Assembly: GCA_048885865.1 (NCBI GenBank)
Contig: JBHLLF010000004.1
Coordinates: forward strand, 32,001 to 96,000
DNA: 64,000 nt
Direction: 5' to 3'
Origin: Candidatus Hermodarchaeota archaeon
GTDB taxonomy: Archaea > Asgardarchaeota > Thorarchaeia > Thorarchaeales > Thorarchaeaceae
Each line of letters opens with the position of its first letter. The stretch's first letter is position 1. Of this stretch, positions 27,802-36,785 are shown piece by piece. The notes under the pieces were generated by a model that had not been told where the DNA came from, ran no database searches, and worked only from the letters and a program-made list of their open reading frames with translations. Both the position numbers and the translations under genes were made by a program.

Positions 27802-28392
27802 ATGGCCGAAGAAAGGAACGTTGTCATTGTTACAGGAATTGCAGGAGTTGGAAAGACCACTGTCATCAACACTGCCGTACAGATGATCAAGGATAAGCAT
27901 GACGAAGAGGTTCTCATTCTCACTATCGGGACAGAGATGTTTGAGATAGCTTCTGAGCGCGGCTTCATCACGGATAGAGACGAGCTGAGAAAGATGCCTA
28001 CAGCAAGGCAAAGAGAAGTCCAAAGGCTTGCGGGAGAGGAGATTGCCCGAAAGGCGAAGACCGCCAGAGTAATCGTTGACACGCATACTCTCATCCAAAC
28101 AAAGAATGGCTTCCTCATTGGACTTCCTGAGTGGGTCGCGAAGCCTATTCAGCCAAAGACTGTTGTTCTGGTGGAAGCAGATCCAGAGAAGATAGCTGGT
28201 CGCAGGAAAACAGACGAAACCAGAACACGCGATGCTCAATTGACTGATGAGATTGACACACACCAGAGAATGTGTAGAGCCGCAGCAATCGCAGTGGGCA
28301 CGATAACTGGAGCGACCGTTAGAATAATCAAGAATCGAGAGGGAAAGGTAGAAGAGGCCGCTTCCGAACTGGCAGCTACGTTGATGGAGTGA
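27802..28392 (+). CDS. adkA: Archaeal adenylate kinase
   Basis: TGIAGVGKTT P-loop, DRDELRK, IVDTH, GLP. Confidence 0.94.
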   Translation: MAEERNVVIVTGIAGVGKTTVINTAVQMIKDKHDEEVLILTIGTEMFEIASERGFITDRDELRKMPTARQREVQRLAGEEIARKAKTARVIVDTHTLIQTKNGFLIGLPEWVAKPIQPKTVVLVEADPEKIAGRRKTDETRTRDAQLTDEIDTHQRMCRAAAIAVGTITGATVRIIKNREGKVEEAASELAATLME

Positions 28393-28961
28393 AGCAAATG
28401 CAAGATATCTTCGCCGGATTCCAGACTTGGTTCAACACAACCTTTGCTATTTTTCAAGAAGCCCCTATGGCTGCGCTGTTCATAATGATATTCTCGATAG
28501 GGATAACAACTATCAGTAATCTCGCTCAGAGACGGTTCACCGACACAAGACGGCTCAAGAGGTATCAGGCTGAAATTAAGCAACATCAGGAGATGCAGAA
28601 AGAGGCTGAAAAGACACAGAATGAGAAACTATTGAGGAAAGTGCGGAGAAGAAAAGCCTACATCGAGAGAATTCAGCGGGAAAGCATGACTGCACGCTGT
28701 AAGCCCTCCCTCTTGTTCTTCATCCCCTTTATCATCGTATTCCAAGTCCTTCGAGGATTTTACTTTGATACTGTTGCAGGTGTCGATAGGATTGTTGCAA
28801 TAATACCATTCAGCATCCATAAGCTCCTGCCTTTCTTCGAGGGTTGGCTTGGATTCGCCCACCCCCTGGGCTTTGGGATGACCTATTTTGGATTCTACAT
28901 GATGGTCGGACTTGGACTTGGACAGATACTCCAAAGGCTCATGGGCGTTTCACTTACTTAG
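28389..28961 (+). CDS. DUF106 / EMC3-TMCO1 (Oxa1 superfamily) membrane insertase
   Basis: TM, coiled coil, KP motif, two more TMs; canonical position after adk. Confidence 0.85.
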   Translation: MKQMQDIFAGFQTWFNTTFAIFQEAPMAALFIMIFSIGITTISNLAQRRFTDTRRLKRYQAEIKQHQEMQKEAEKTQNEKLLRKVRRRKAYIERIQRESMTARCKPSLLFFIPFIIVFQVLRGFYFDTVAGVDRIVAIIPFSIHKLLPFFEGWLGFAHPLGFGMTYFGFYMMVGLGLGQILQRLMGVSLT

Positions 28962-29115
28962 AGAGCGTTAATACTTCATCAGAGTAGTGGATTCAGGCAA
29001 AACCCGATTGGAACGCAGGTTCATTTCAAACGACCGACCTGACGCACCGCTTTCCTTAAAAGGAGAAATCGAGGGCTCCTATGAAAAGCCACTGATTGCT
29101 GGTGGGTGATATTAG

Positions 29116-29385
29116 ATGCCACGACCTGGTGAGCTGACGAGAGGAAGAGCAAATCGTACTATTAGGACTCCTGGTGGTCGTCGGGTGGTCCACAGAAGAA
29201 AGATCTACAGTGCCAGGGGAACATGCTCATTGACAGGCAACAAGATGCAGCTTCCCCAGAAGGCAAAGCAAAGAAAGACTGGCAGGTCAAGCCGCTCCTC
29301 CAAGAGACCAAATCGCCCATATGGTGGTTTTGCGACATCCAGAGCAGTAAGGCGATGGATAATACGAAAGGCGCGAGAACAGTAA
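29116..29385 (+). CDS. rpl34e: 50S ribosomal protein eL34, Zn-ligand-depleted
   Basis: RTPGGR..VH and RPNRPYGG motifs; position before cmk. Confidence 0.9.
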   Translation: MPRPGELTRGRANRTIRTPGGRRVVHRRKIYSARGTCSLTGNKMQLPQKAKQRKTGRSSRSSKRPNRPYGGFATSRAVRRWIIRKAREQ

Positions 29386-29386
29386 G

Positions 29387-29929
29387 ATGAAGCGCGTCGT
29401 CACTATCGGAGGGCTTCACGGAACCGGAAAGAGCTCTGTTGCTGATAGAATCTCCAAGGAGTTCAATCTGAGGAGGATTTCTGCAGGCATCATTTTTCGA
29501 AGACTAGCTGAGGAGAGAGGACTTACTCTTGAGGAGTTCAGCCGAGTAGCTGAGCAGGATGAGCAGATCGACCGACTTCTTGACAATACTCTCAGGGAAG
29601 AAGCGGAGAAGGGCAATGCTGTAATTGATGGCCAGCTAGCCGCATGGATGGCTGGAGAGCATGCAGACTTCAAGATTCTACTCACAGCTCCACTCGATGT
29701 TCGGGTAAGGAGAATCTCAGAACGAGATGGCACCGACTATGAGTATGCGAAACGTGAGACCATTGCTCGAGAAGGTAGCGAGAGTGCTAGGTACAAGGAG
29801 TTCTATGGAGTCGACATCTCTGACAAGTCAATATATGACCTGATTCTAAGAACTGACAAATATGACCTTGAAGGAGTTGTTAAGATTCTCTCGACCGCAA
29901 TTCAGACCTTTTTCGACCAGAATGAATAG
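29387..29929 (+). CDS. cmk: Cytidylate kinase
   Basis: TIGGLHGTGKSS, SAG.IFR.LA, RYKEFYGVD, YDL. Confidence 0.93.
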   Translation: MKRVVTIGGLHGTGKSSVADRISKEFNLRRISAGIIFRRLAEERGLTLEEFSRVAEQDEQIDRLLDNTLREEAEKGNAVIDGQLAAWMAGEHADFKILLTAPLDVRVRRISERDGTDYEYAKRETIAREGSESARYKEFYGVDISDKSIYDLILRTDKYDLEGVVKILSTAIQTFFDQNE

Positions 29930-30054
29930 ATGGCGGAAGCGCAAGGCTGATATGTCAATCAGCGGTCGAAAGTCTGTTCTCCCAGTCCAAAGGGATGAGA
30001 CCGCGAGGCGACTTGCGGCCCCAGCTGGACCAAGGACCGGCGAGGTGTAGTGAA

Positions 30055-30336
30055 ATGACTCTGTATAATGTTGGACGAGTTTGCATTAAGACAGTAGGAA
30101 GAGAAACAGGTAGCTATTGCGTGATAGTGGATGAGATGGAAGGCCGATTTGTTGTTGTGACTGGTCCCAAACATCTTAGCAGTGTGCGACGACGCAAGTG
30201 TAACATTCGTCACTTAGAACCCCTGGAAACTGTGATTCCTATTGAGAAGGGTGCAGATGACGAAACTGTGGAAAAGGCGCTTGGTGAGGCTGGGCTGACT
30301 GATAGGTTCAGGGAGAAGATACGGCTGCCTGAGTAG
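30055..30336 (+). CDS. rpl14e: 50S ribosomal protein eL14
   Basis: VGRVCIKTVGRETG.YCVIVD, TGPK...VRRRKCNIRHLEP; GAGGTG RBS. Confidence 0.95.
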   Translation: MTLYNVGRVCIKTVGRETGSYCVIVDEMEGRFVVVTGPKHLSSVRRRKCNIRHLEPLETVIPIEKGADDETVEKALGEAGLTDRFREKIRLPE

Positions 30337-30371
30337 CTAGCCACTCGTGGTGGTTCAATGGAGGATAGGCA

Positions 30372-31379
30372 ATGACAGGCCTTCTGCCAGCGGACCAGCC
30401 CCGTGAAGTTCTCTTGAAGTCAGAGGACTCAACAGACCCTGATTTCGGTTTTTCAGACCTTGAGAAGCTCCCCATTGAGCATCTTTTGGAAAATGGTGTG
30501 ATTTCACTGGATAAACCTGCTGGACCAACAAGCCATGAAGTTGCAACATGGGTCAGGAAGATTTTAGGTGCGGAACGTGTAGGTCACGGTGGCACGCTGG
30601 ATCCCGGAGTCACAGGGATTCTTCCAACTGGCGTTGGCAATGCTACAAAGGTTATGCAATCTCTTCTTCCAGCTGGCAAAGAGTATGTATGTGTAATGGA
30701 ACTCCATCATTTGGTTGGCGAGGATGAAATCAGAACCGTTGTGGAGGAGTTCACAGGCAAAATCTACCAACGACCGCCATTGCGGTCCGCCGTTAAGAGA
30801 GTGCTCAGAGTAAGAGAGATTTACTATAACGACATCTTAGAAATCGAAGGCAGACTAGTGCTTTTTAGAGTGGGATGCGAAGCGGGGACATATATTCGCA
30901 AGCTATGCTCAGATATCGGAGAAGCATTGGGAGTGGGAGGGCATATGAAAGAACTCAGACGCACTCGTGTGGGTCCGTTTCGGGAAGATGAGCACCTTTG
31001 CACACTCTACGATCTCAAGGACGCCTACGAATTCTGGAATGAGGACGGAGATGAAGCCGAGCTTCGCAGGTATCTTCTACCAATCGAGTTTGCTATGAGT
31101 CATCTCCCGAGCATCTCAGTTCGCGATAGTGCTGTCGATGCTATATGCCATGGAGCGAACCTTGCGGCTAGCGGCATTGTCAGTCTAAGCTCTGGAATGA
31201 AGAAGGATGACATGGTCCTATTCAAGACTCTGAAGGGAGAGGCGATTGGCATAGGCACCTGCAACAAGACGTCTGATGCCATTCTCAAAGCGAAGAGTGG
31301 AATTGTAGCTACCACTGAACGGGTATTCATGGAAAGGGGACGATATCCAGTGATGTGGAAGAAGAGAGCAACTGATTGA
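30372..31379 (+). CDS. cbf5: H/ACA pseudouridine synthase Cbf5
   Basis: LDKPAGPTSHEV, GHGGTLDP, CEAGTYIR, C-terminal PUA domain. Confidence 0.96.
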   Translation: MTGLLPADQPREVLLKSEDSTDPDFGFSDLEKLPIEHLLENGVISLDKPAGPTSHEVATWVRKILGAERVGHGGTLDPGVTGILPTGVGNATKVMQSLLPAGKEYVCVMELHHLVGEDEIRTVVEEFTGKIYQRPPLRSAVKRVLRVREIYYNDILEIEGRLVLFRVGCEAGTYIRKLCSDIGEALGVGGHMKELRRTRVGPFREDEHLCTLYDLKDAYEFWNEDGDEAELRRYLLPIEFAMSHLPSISVRDSAVDAICHGANLAASGIVSLSSGMKKDDMVLFKTLKGEAIGIGTCNKTSDAILKAKSGIVATTERVFMERGRYPVMWKKRATD

Positions 31380-31419
31380 GGTTGGACCAGCTTTTTATGA
31401 TAACTTGTACATAACTGCC

Positions 31420-31777
31420 AAGTGGCTCTGGAGCGAAAGAGCGACTGACGGTACTTGTCCTCGGACAAGAGCTGAGGAAGTTCCCGACTGCAAGTCGACA
31501 CCGGTCCCGTTGACGCGGGGAGGTGAGAACCTCGCTCTGGAAACAGAAACGAAACCCCCAGGTCAGATTCGACAATGATGCAGCAATTCAAGCTGTTGAG
31601 GACTGGTCTGGATTGGTTGAAACGGTCCATCACCGGGCAGCAATCTCAAGATTTTGCCGTTGATTGTCGACAGGAGGCAAAGGGTAGAGAGCTTAGTCTG
31701 ATGTCGCAAGACTCCAACTTGGCGACGAGATGGAGTGGAACAGAATCGGGGCTATTCTTCGGACCAGAGCCACGCTT
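31420..31777 (+). ncRNA. rnpB: RNase P RNA (archaeal, probably type A)
   Basis: P1 GTGGCTCTGG (31422-31) / CCAGAGCCAC (31764-73); P3 CTTGTCC/GGACAAG; CR-I GAGGAAGTTCCCG; ACAGAAAC; TGAAAC; CR-V AACAGAATCGGGGCTA; TATA-like TTTTTATG ~25 nt upstream. Confidence 0.92.
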
Positions 31778-31783
31778 CATTCA

Positions 31784-32326
31784 TTATTCCAATCTCTGAT
31801 GTTCATTCATTATCTCAGCTTGAACCTTTACAATCTCTGAGCTATTGGTACATGATGCATAGGAGTCTAACCATTCTCTGTTCAGTGTAATGAATGAAGG
31901 CCCCCACTTAAAGACGGACAATATGTCATCAGCGCCATCAATGTCGCCAAGAATATAGAGTGCAGCGGCAATAGCTTCCGCTGTTGAGAGCTTAATCGGT
32001 TTATACGTATTGATTGGATTGGCTGCGATTAGGTATGGAAGAGATCTTTGGTTGTCTCCTCGAGATCTGTTGAAGACTGCTTCGGCTTGCTTCCAAGAAC
32101 AGTCTAATGCAACCAAGCCTGATCTGTGCACGTATTCATAGTCAGCAGGAGAGAATGCTATTTCTGACACAGGATTGAGAACCACAGCACCTCTAGGAGT
32201 TCGTCGTAGGTCCTTGACTATCGTTGCTCTTTTCATTCTACCTAAGCGTAATCCAGTGCATTTCTTTGGGTCACATTGTGCAGCGTGATAGATGATGATT
32301 CTTGGGGAATTGAAACTGCGCTCCAT
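31784..32326 (-). CDS. tsr3: rRNA aminocarboxypropyltransferase Tsr3 (DUF367)
   Basis: QCDPKKCTG, ALDCSW, RSLPYLIAANPIN, LSTAEAIAAAL, FKWG. Confidence 0.94.
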   Translation of the reverse strand: MERSFNSPRIIIYHAAQCDPKKCTGLRLGRMKRATIVKDLRRTPRGAVVLNPVSEIAFSPADYEYVHRSGLVALDCSWKQAEAVFNRSRGDNQRSLPYLIAANPINTYKPIKLSTAEAIAAALYILGDIDGADDILSVFKWGPSFITLNREWLDSYASCTNSSEIVKVQAEIMNEHQRLE

Positions 32327-32383
32327 GACAGTGTTACGTAGTTGCGCAACAGATTTCAGGCTTCCTCTTGATTCTCGGAATGG

Positions 32384-32656
32384 ATGAACGAGTTGATACG
32401 CTTTACTCCTGGTGGTTCATGTGAAAGCTGCGGAGCAGATACTGCAGATCTCGGAAAGTGCGATATGTGTGGGGCATTTTGCTGTAAGGAATGTACAGCT
32501 GATGGAATATGTTTCACATGCATAGAGGCTCGATGTTTCATCTGTAAGGAGCAGCTCTCATCACGTGCATGCAATGAGTGTGGTCGGCTGGTCTGTGAAG
32601 ACCACGGCACCAAGGAAAATGAGGTGACAATCTGTCAACTGTGTCAGGCGAAGTAA
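32384..32656 (+). CDS. Small multi-CxxC zinc-finger protein
   Basis: Repeated CxxC pairs plus CEDH across 90 aa. Confidence 0.7.
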   Translation: MNELIRFTPGGSCESCGADTADLGKCDMCGAFCCKECTADGICFTCIEARCFICKEQLSSRACNECGRLVCEDHGTKENEVTICQLCQAK

Positions 32657-32658
32657 TC

Positions 32659-33993
32659 ATGATGTCCAAAGAGATACATCTCGGAATGGATGACATTGAT
32701 AGCCCCAGAGGCGGTTGCACTACCCACTTCGCTAGTCTTGTTGTTGAGATGCTTACAGAGCGGGGAGCACAATGGATAGACTACCCCAATCTAATTCGTC
32801 TAAACCCGAATATCCCCTTCAGAACCCGAGGAAATGGAGCAGTTGCCTTAAGATTCAGAATTGGAGCAGACAAAGCCGCAGATCTTCTCCCGGTATTGAA
32901 GAAAATGATTCACAAGTATGTAGAATTGGAATATCCAAATACTAATCCAGGAGTGGTCCTCGTGGAGGGAACAATTCCAAGAGAAGTTCATGATTTCTCT
33001 GAGAGAGCTATTTGGCGGACAATATCGATTGCCATCGCAAGGCGAATTCTCGAGAGATATAGCATCCAACATATCTGGGATGGAAATGGGCGGGGTCTAA
33101 TTGGTGCCCTTGCTGCAGTTGGGAATCAACTTCCTCAAGACCACACATACGAGTTTATAGCTTATCGCCCTCTGGAGATATCAGACATGCCGCGTGGTGT
33201 TTATGACAACTCAGTAGCTGAGATGAATCGTGTAATGGGAGAGCAACTGTTCTCTAGCATTGATCTGGGGACAGATAGAACGCTTATTGCACCTCATGGT
33301 CCGGATCCAGTTCTATACGGAATCCGGGGGGAAAATTCAGAGGATGTGATATCTGCTGCGTCCTATGTCCGGAGTGAGTCTTCAATTGAGAGATGGATGG
33401 TCTTTAGAAGTAATCAAGGCACAGGAGCACATCTGAAGAATGTCGTCTATATCTCCGATTTGAGACCGTATATGGCAGCAATTGTACATGGCGTGATAGA
33501 GAGAGACCCTAAGATGATTGAGGGGGGGCATGCAATCTTCGGAATTAGCGACTGCTCTGGGCATATTGATTGTGCTGCCTATGAGCCAACTGGGGAGTTC
33601 AGAGATATTGTAGCTAGATTGGCAAGAGGTGATCAGCTACTTGTTCATGCTGCAGTACGTCCGGCCTCAAGAACACATGGTCCTACTTTGAATGTAGAAG
33701 GAATCGAGATTATCAGGCTCGTGAAGAGAATCAAGATGCTCAATCCACTCTGCCCCAATTGCTCTAAGAGAATGAAGAGTGCTGGAAAAGGACAGGGCTA
33801 CAAATGTATCAAGTGCGGCTTCAAGGACCCCCTCGGTACTAAAACGGAGGTTGCCCTTGAAAGGGAGCTTGAAGAGAAGGTCTATCTCCCTCCTCTGAGA
33901 GCACAGAGGCATTTGACGAGACCCCTTGAAAGGATGAATCGCAGAAATGCGGGTATTCCGGAGGGTCTAGTGGATAATTGGCATTTTCCGTGA
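32659..33993 (+). CDS. tiaS: tRNA(Ile2) agmatinylcytidine synthase
   Basis: GMDDIDS..GGCTTH, LIRLNPNIPFRTRGNGA, PHGPDPVLYGIRG, OB fold, CPNC...CIKC, RHLTRP. Confidence 0.96.
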   Translation: MMSKEIHLGMDDIDSPRGGCTTHFASLVVEMLTERGAQWIDYPNLIRLNPNIPFRTRGNGAVALRFRIGADKAADLLPVLKKMIHKYVELEYPNTNPGVVLVEGTIPREVHDFSERAIWRTISIAIARRILERYSIQHIWDGNGRGLIGALAAVGNQLPQDHTYEFIAYRPLEISDMPRGVYDNSVAEMNRVMGEQLFSSIDLGTDRTLIAPHGPDPVLYGIRGENSEDVISAASYVRSESSIERWMVFRSNQGTGAHLKNVVYISDLRPYMAAIVHGVIERDPKMIEGGHAIFGISDCSGHIDCAAYEPTGEFRDIVARLARGDQLLVHAAVRPASRTHGPTLNVEGIEIIRLVKRIKMLNPLCPNCSKRMKSAGKGQGYKCIKCGFKDPLGTKTEVALERELEEKVYLPPLRAQRHLTRPLERMNRRNAGIPEGLVDNWHFP

Positions 33994-34027
33994 GCAGGAA
34001 CCAATATGCAATTCAAACGATTGGGGG

Positions 34028-34429
34028 CTAGACACGTCTGCCTCGGCGTCCGCCAGGCTTCCTTGTGCCATCATGAGGAATGGGTGTTACCTCGTCAATG
34101 ATTCCAATTCTCAGACCTGCTCTACTCAATGCCCGTATTGCAGCTTGAGCGCCAGGCCCTGGTGTCTTTGGACCACTTCCACCAGGAGCTCGTACTCGGA
34201 TGTGAATTCCATAAACTCCCTTGTCTTTGGCTTCTCTCGCGGCCTGAAAGGCTGCTTGCATGGCCGCATGTGGGGAGGATTCATTTCGGTCTGCTTTGAC
34301 CATCATCCCACCACTGTATCTAGCAATGGTTTCAGCACCTGTTATGTCAGTGATGTGAACAATAGTATCGTTATATGATGCGAAAATATGAGCCACTGCC
34401 CATTTGTCACGCTCTTCCTTTCTGCTCAA
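34028..34429 (-). CDS. rps11: 30S ribosomal protein uS11
   Basis: [31 protein letters not shown]. Confidence 0.98.
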   Translation of the reverse strand: MSRKEERDKWAVAHIFASYNDTIVHITDITGAETIARYSGGMMVKADRNESSPHAAMQAAFQAAREAKDKGVYGIHIRVRAPGGSGPKTPGPGAQAAIRALSRAGLRIGIIDEVTPIPHDGTRKPGGRRGRRV

Positions 34430-35097
34430 TCTCTATCACCTCTCCCACGCCTTTCATCAGGTCCTGGCTTTGAGTCCCTGAACTCGCCAGAGTCAGGCAT
34501 ACGCCTACGCTCTCGAGGAGGACGCCCTTCCTCTTCATAGTCGTCCTCTGTAGCCTCAGCAGTTATCCTTTGAGCCGCAGCAGAGGCTGCAATGCGTGCT
34601 GGATGTGATTCATCGTTCAAGGCAGATTTTGCAGTATATCTGATGCGGTCTTCTTCTGCAACTGTGATGAGCCTCGAAGGAGTGGTAACCTTTGCCTGAT
34701 CAAGGGCAACATGTCCATGAGTAACGAGTTGTCTAGCATGATGTGCTGAGCTAGCCATGCCTTTTCTGAAGACAATTGTCTGCAATCGTCGCTCAAGTAG
34801 ATTCTCAAGTGTAAGGTCAAGTACACTGTCTAGAGTCTGCTCACCTGTGAGTGCTCCAAGGCGGACAAGCTTCCCAATGAGATCAGATTCCAGAGTGGCT
34901 CGCTCGTCAGCTGTCAGAGCCAGGAGGTTTCGGGCCTGCCTCCTGTAGCGGGACAGCTCTGTCTTATGTCTCCATAGTTCTCTCTTGTTTCTAAGCCCAT
35001 AAGTACCAATAAACTGTAATTCACTTTCGAACCTGTCGCTATCGAACGGGCGCTTAGGGCTTACGTACTTCTTCTTCTGGCGCCTCGGATCTCCCAT
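34426..35097 (-). CDS. rps4: 30S ribosomal protein uS4 with charged C-terminal extension
   Basis: [32 protein letters not shown]. Confidence 0.97.
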   Translation of the reverse strand: MGDPRRQKKKYVSPKRPFDSDRFESELQFIGTYGLRNKRELWRHKTELSRYRRQARNLLALTADERATLESDLIGKLVRLGALTGEQTLDSVLDLTLENLLERRLQTIVFRKGMASSAHHARQLVTHGHVALDQAKVTTPSRLITVAEEDRIRYTAKSALNDESHPARIAASAAAQRITAEATEDDYEEEGRPPRERRRMPDSGEFRDSKPGPDERRGRGDRD

Positions 35098-35117
35098 TAT
35101 ATTCTGACCTCAATGAA

Positions 35118-35567
35118 CTATGCTTTCTTTCGTGATACTCCTACAGCTGCTCCACCACGACCAGTTGTCCGGGTATGCTGACCTCTCACCTTCAGACCAA
35201 GTGAATGACGAACTCCTCTCCATGACCGGATGCGTTTGAGGCGGTCGATGTCGCTTCTGTGGGCAAACTCCAAGTCCGGGCCTGTTAAATGCAGGTTCCT
35301 TCCGCTTGTGCGATCGCGTGACCTGTTGACATACCAATGTGGCAATCCAATTCCTACAGGATCCTTGACAATCTTCTCAATCTCGCTGATTTGGTCATCA
35401 GTTATGTAGCCCAGTCTGCTGTATGGATCAAGTTTGAGCTGGGTGAGAATCGCCTTTGATAGTCTAAGGCCCACTCCACTGATCCGGGTGAGACCTTGGA
35501 GTAGATTCTCTTGACCGTCGATGTCACGACCGGCCACACGTACGATATGTCGATATTCCTCTGCCAT
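35118..35567 (-). CDS. rps13: 30S ribosomal protein uS13
   Basis: ISGVG, WRGVRH.LGLKVRGQHTRTTGR. Confidence 0.98.
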   Translation of the reverse strand: MAEEYRHIVRVAGRDIDGQENLLQGLTRISGVGLRLSKAILTQLKLDPYSRLGYITDDQISEIEKIVKDPVGIGLPHWYVNRSRDRTSGRNLHLTGPDLEFAHRSDIDRLKRIRSWRGVRHSLGLKVRGQHTRTTGRGGAAVGVSRKKA

Positions 35568-35756
35568 GGTCTATAACCTCATCTGGACTGGTCTGAGGCT
35601 ATCTCGCCTTTTGGAGTTGCCTTATAATAGTTGCCATCAAGCCACGCTTTCTGATGTGCTTTAGACGTGATAGAGCATATCCTGTTTTTGGAGGAGTTCA
35701 AATTGGACTGTATATACTAGCAACTAGCAGGTAACGCGAGGCAGCAGGAGGACTGA

Positions 35757-36164
35757 TTGATGACTGACGCACGTCCAAAGCAAACTAGCATAGAAGCTGA
35801 AAGAAGAGCCACACCCTCAGCAATGGCAGATCTTCCGATTATACTTAAGGGGCTGCTTTTAGGATCTGTTAACAGTGCGCAACGAAGGAAATCAGTCCTA
35901 TTGTCATCAAACAGCCTCGCCAACAGGTTTATCCTGGAAAAATGGGGAATTCGTCCTTCTCAGAGAAAGCGGAACAAGAATCTATTCTCAATCTCCAGAA
36001 AACACGCACGCAGGCTATTTCGTCGACTATTGAACCGAGGTCGATTCGAATGGACCACATCTGAAGGCGAAGTGGCATTCGGAGTGTACAGGTATGATGA
36101 GATACGGGGAAATCTGATTTTGGCATTTGTAAAATTGGACCCAGAGTCACCTTGGAATATATAA
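35757..36164 (+). CDS. Hypothetical basic protein
   Basis: Open 135-aa frame with GGAGG RBS, divergent from rps13. Confidence 0.6.
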   Translation: MMTDARPKQTSIEAERRATPSAMADLPIILKGLLLGSVNSAQRRKSVLLSSNSLANRFILEKWGIRPSQRKRNKNLFSISRKHARRLFRRLLNRGRFEWTTSEGEVAFGVYRYDEIRGNLILAFVKLDPESPWNI

Positions 36165-36165
36165 T

Positions 36166-36597
36166 TTGGAACTCAAGGGAGAAAGTTCGAAAGTCAAAGG
36201 CTATGCTTCCCAGAAGATTAGCCTCTTTAGCAACCACTTCCCTATACAAACCACCATGCTATTGTCTGGCTTGATTGGAGTGCTTTTCGGCAGATATCTC
36301 TCAGACAAGAAGTATTTTCTCATCATAGCATTGGCAATTGGATTTGTGTTCGGAGTCTTCGGAGAAATGGGATTGGTATATCCATTCTATATTAAATTGA
36401 ATCCAGAGTTTACACATTACGAGCTCTTCTTCTTGGATGCCAACTTCAAGCTCTTCGAGATCCCGACATTGACTAGCCCTCTATTTGCGATCCCTCCGAT
36501 TGTATATGCCATATTTGTGACTGCAAGTATGGGGGGAGTCCTACTTGGATATGCAATTGGGAATAAACTAAAGCCTCCTATGAGAGTGAGTGATTGA
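36166..36597 (+). CDS. Hypothetical membrane protein
   Basis: Three hydrophobic segments; start uncertain. Confidence 0.55.
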   Translation: MELKGESSKVKGYASQKISLFSNHFPIQTTMLLSGLIGVLFGRYLSDKKYFLIIALAIGFVFGVFGEMGLVYPFYIKLNPEFTHYELFFLDANFKLFEIPTLTSPLFAIPPIVYAIFVTASMGGVLLGYAIGNKLKPPMRVSD

Positions 36598-36613
36598 GAA
36601 ATCAAAAGGGAAG

Positions 36614-36733
36614 TGGCGCCGAGGATGAGATTTGAACTCATGCCTCCTATTGGAGAACAGCTGTCTATACGACAATCATAAGACGACTGTGGGTTCCAGG
36701 CTGTCGCCGTGAACCGGGCTTGGCTACCTCGGC
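36614..36733 (-). tRNA. tRNA-Ser(GGA) with 31-nt intron at 37/38 and encoded CCA
   Basis: Acceptor GCCGAGG/CCTCGGC, discriminator G + CCA; anticodon stem ACAGC/GCTGT with CT-GGA-A; long variable arm; T-loop TTCAAAT; intron 36663-36693. Confidence 0.93.
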
Positions 36734-36785
36734 ATAGCAGCTCTCTGCTTGGTTAGTGTGGTTTTAAGGGTGACGCTGATTACGT

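Noticed and set aside
31100-31799. Short ORFs 31100-31633, 31327-31575 and 31575-31799
   Set aside because: They overlap cbf5 and the RNase P RNA, which explain the region.
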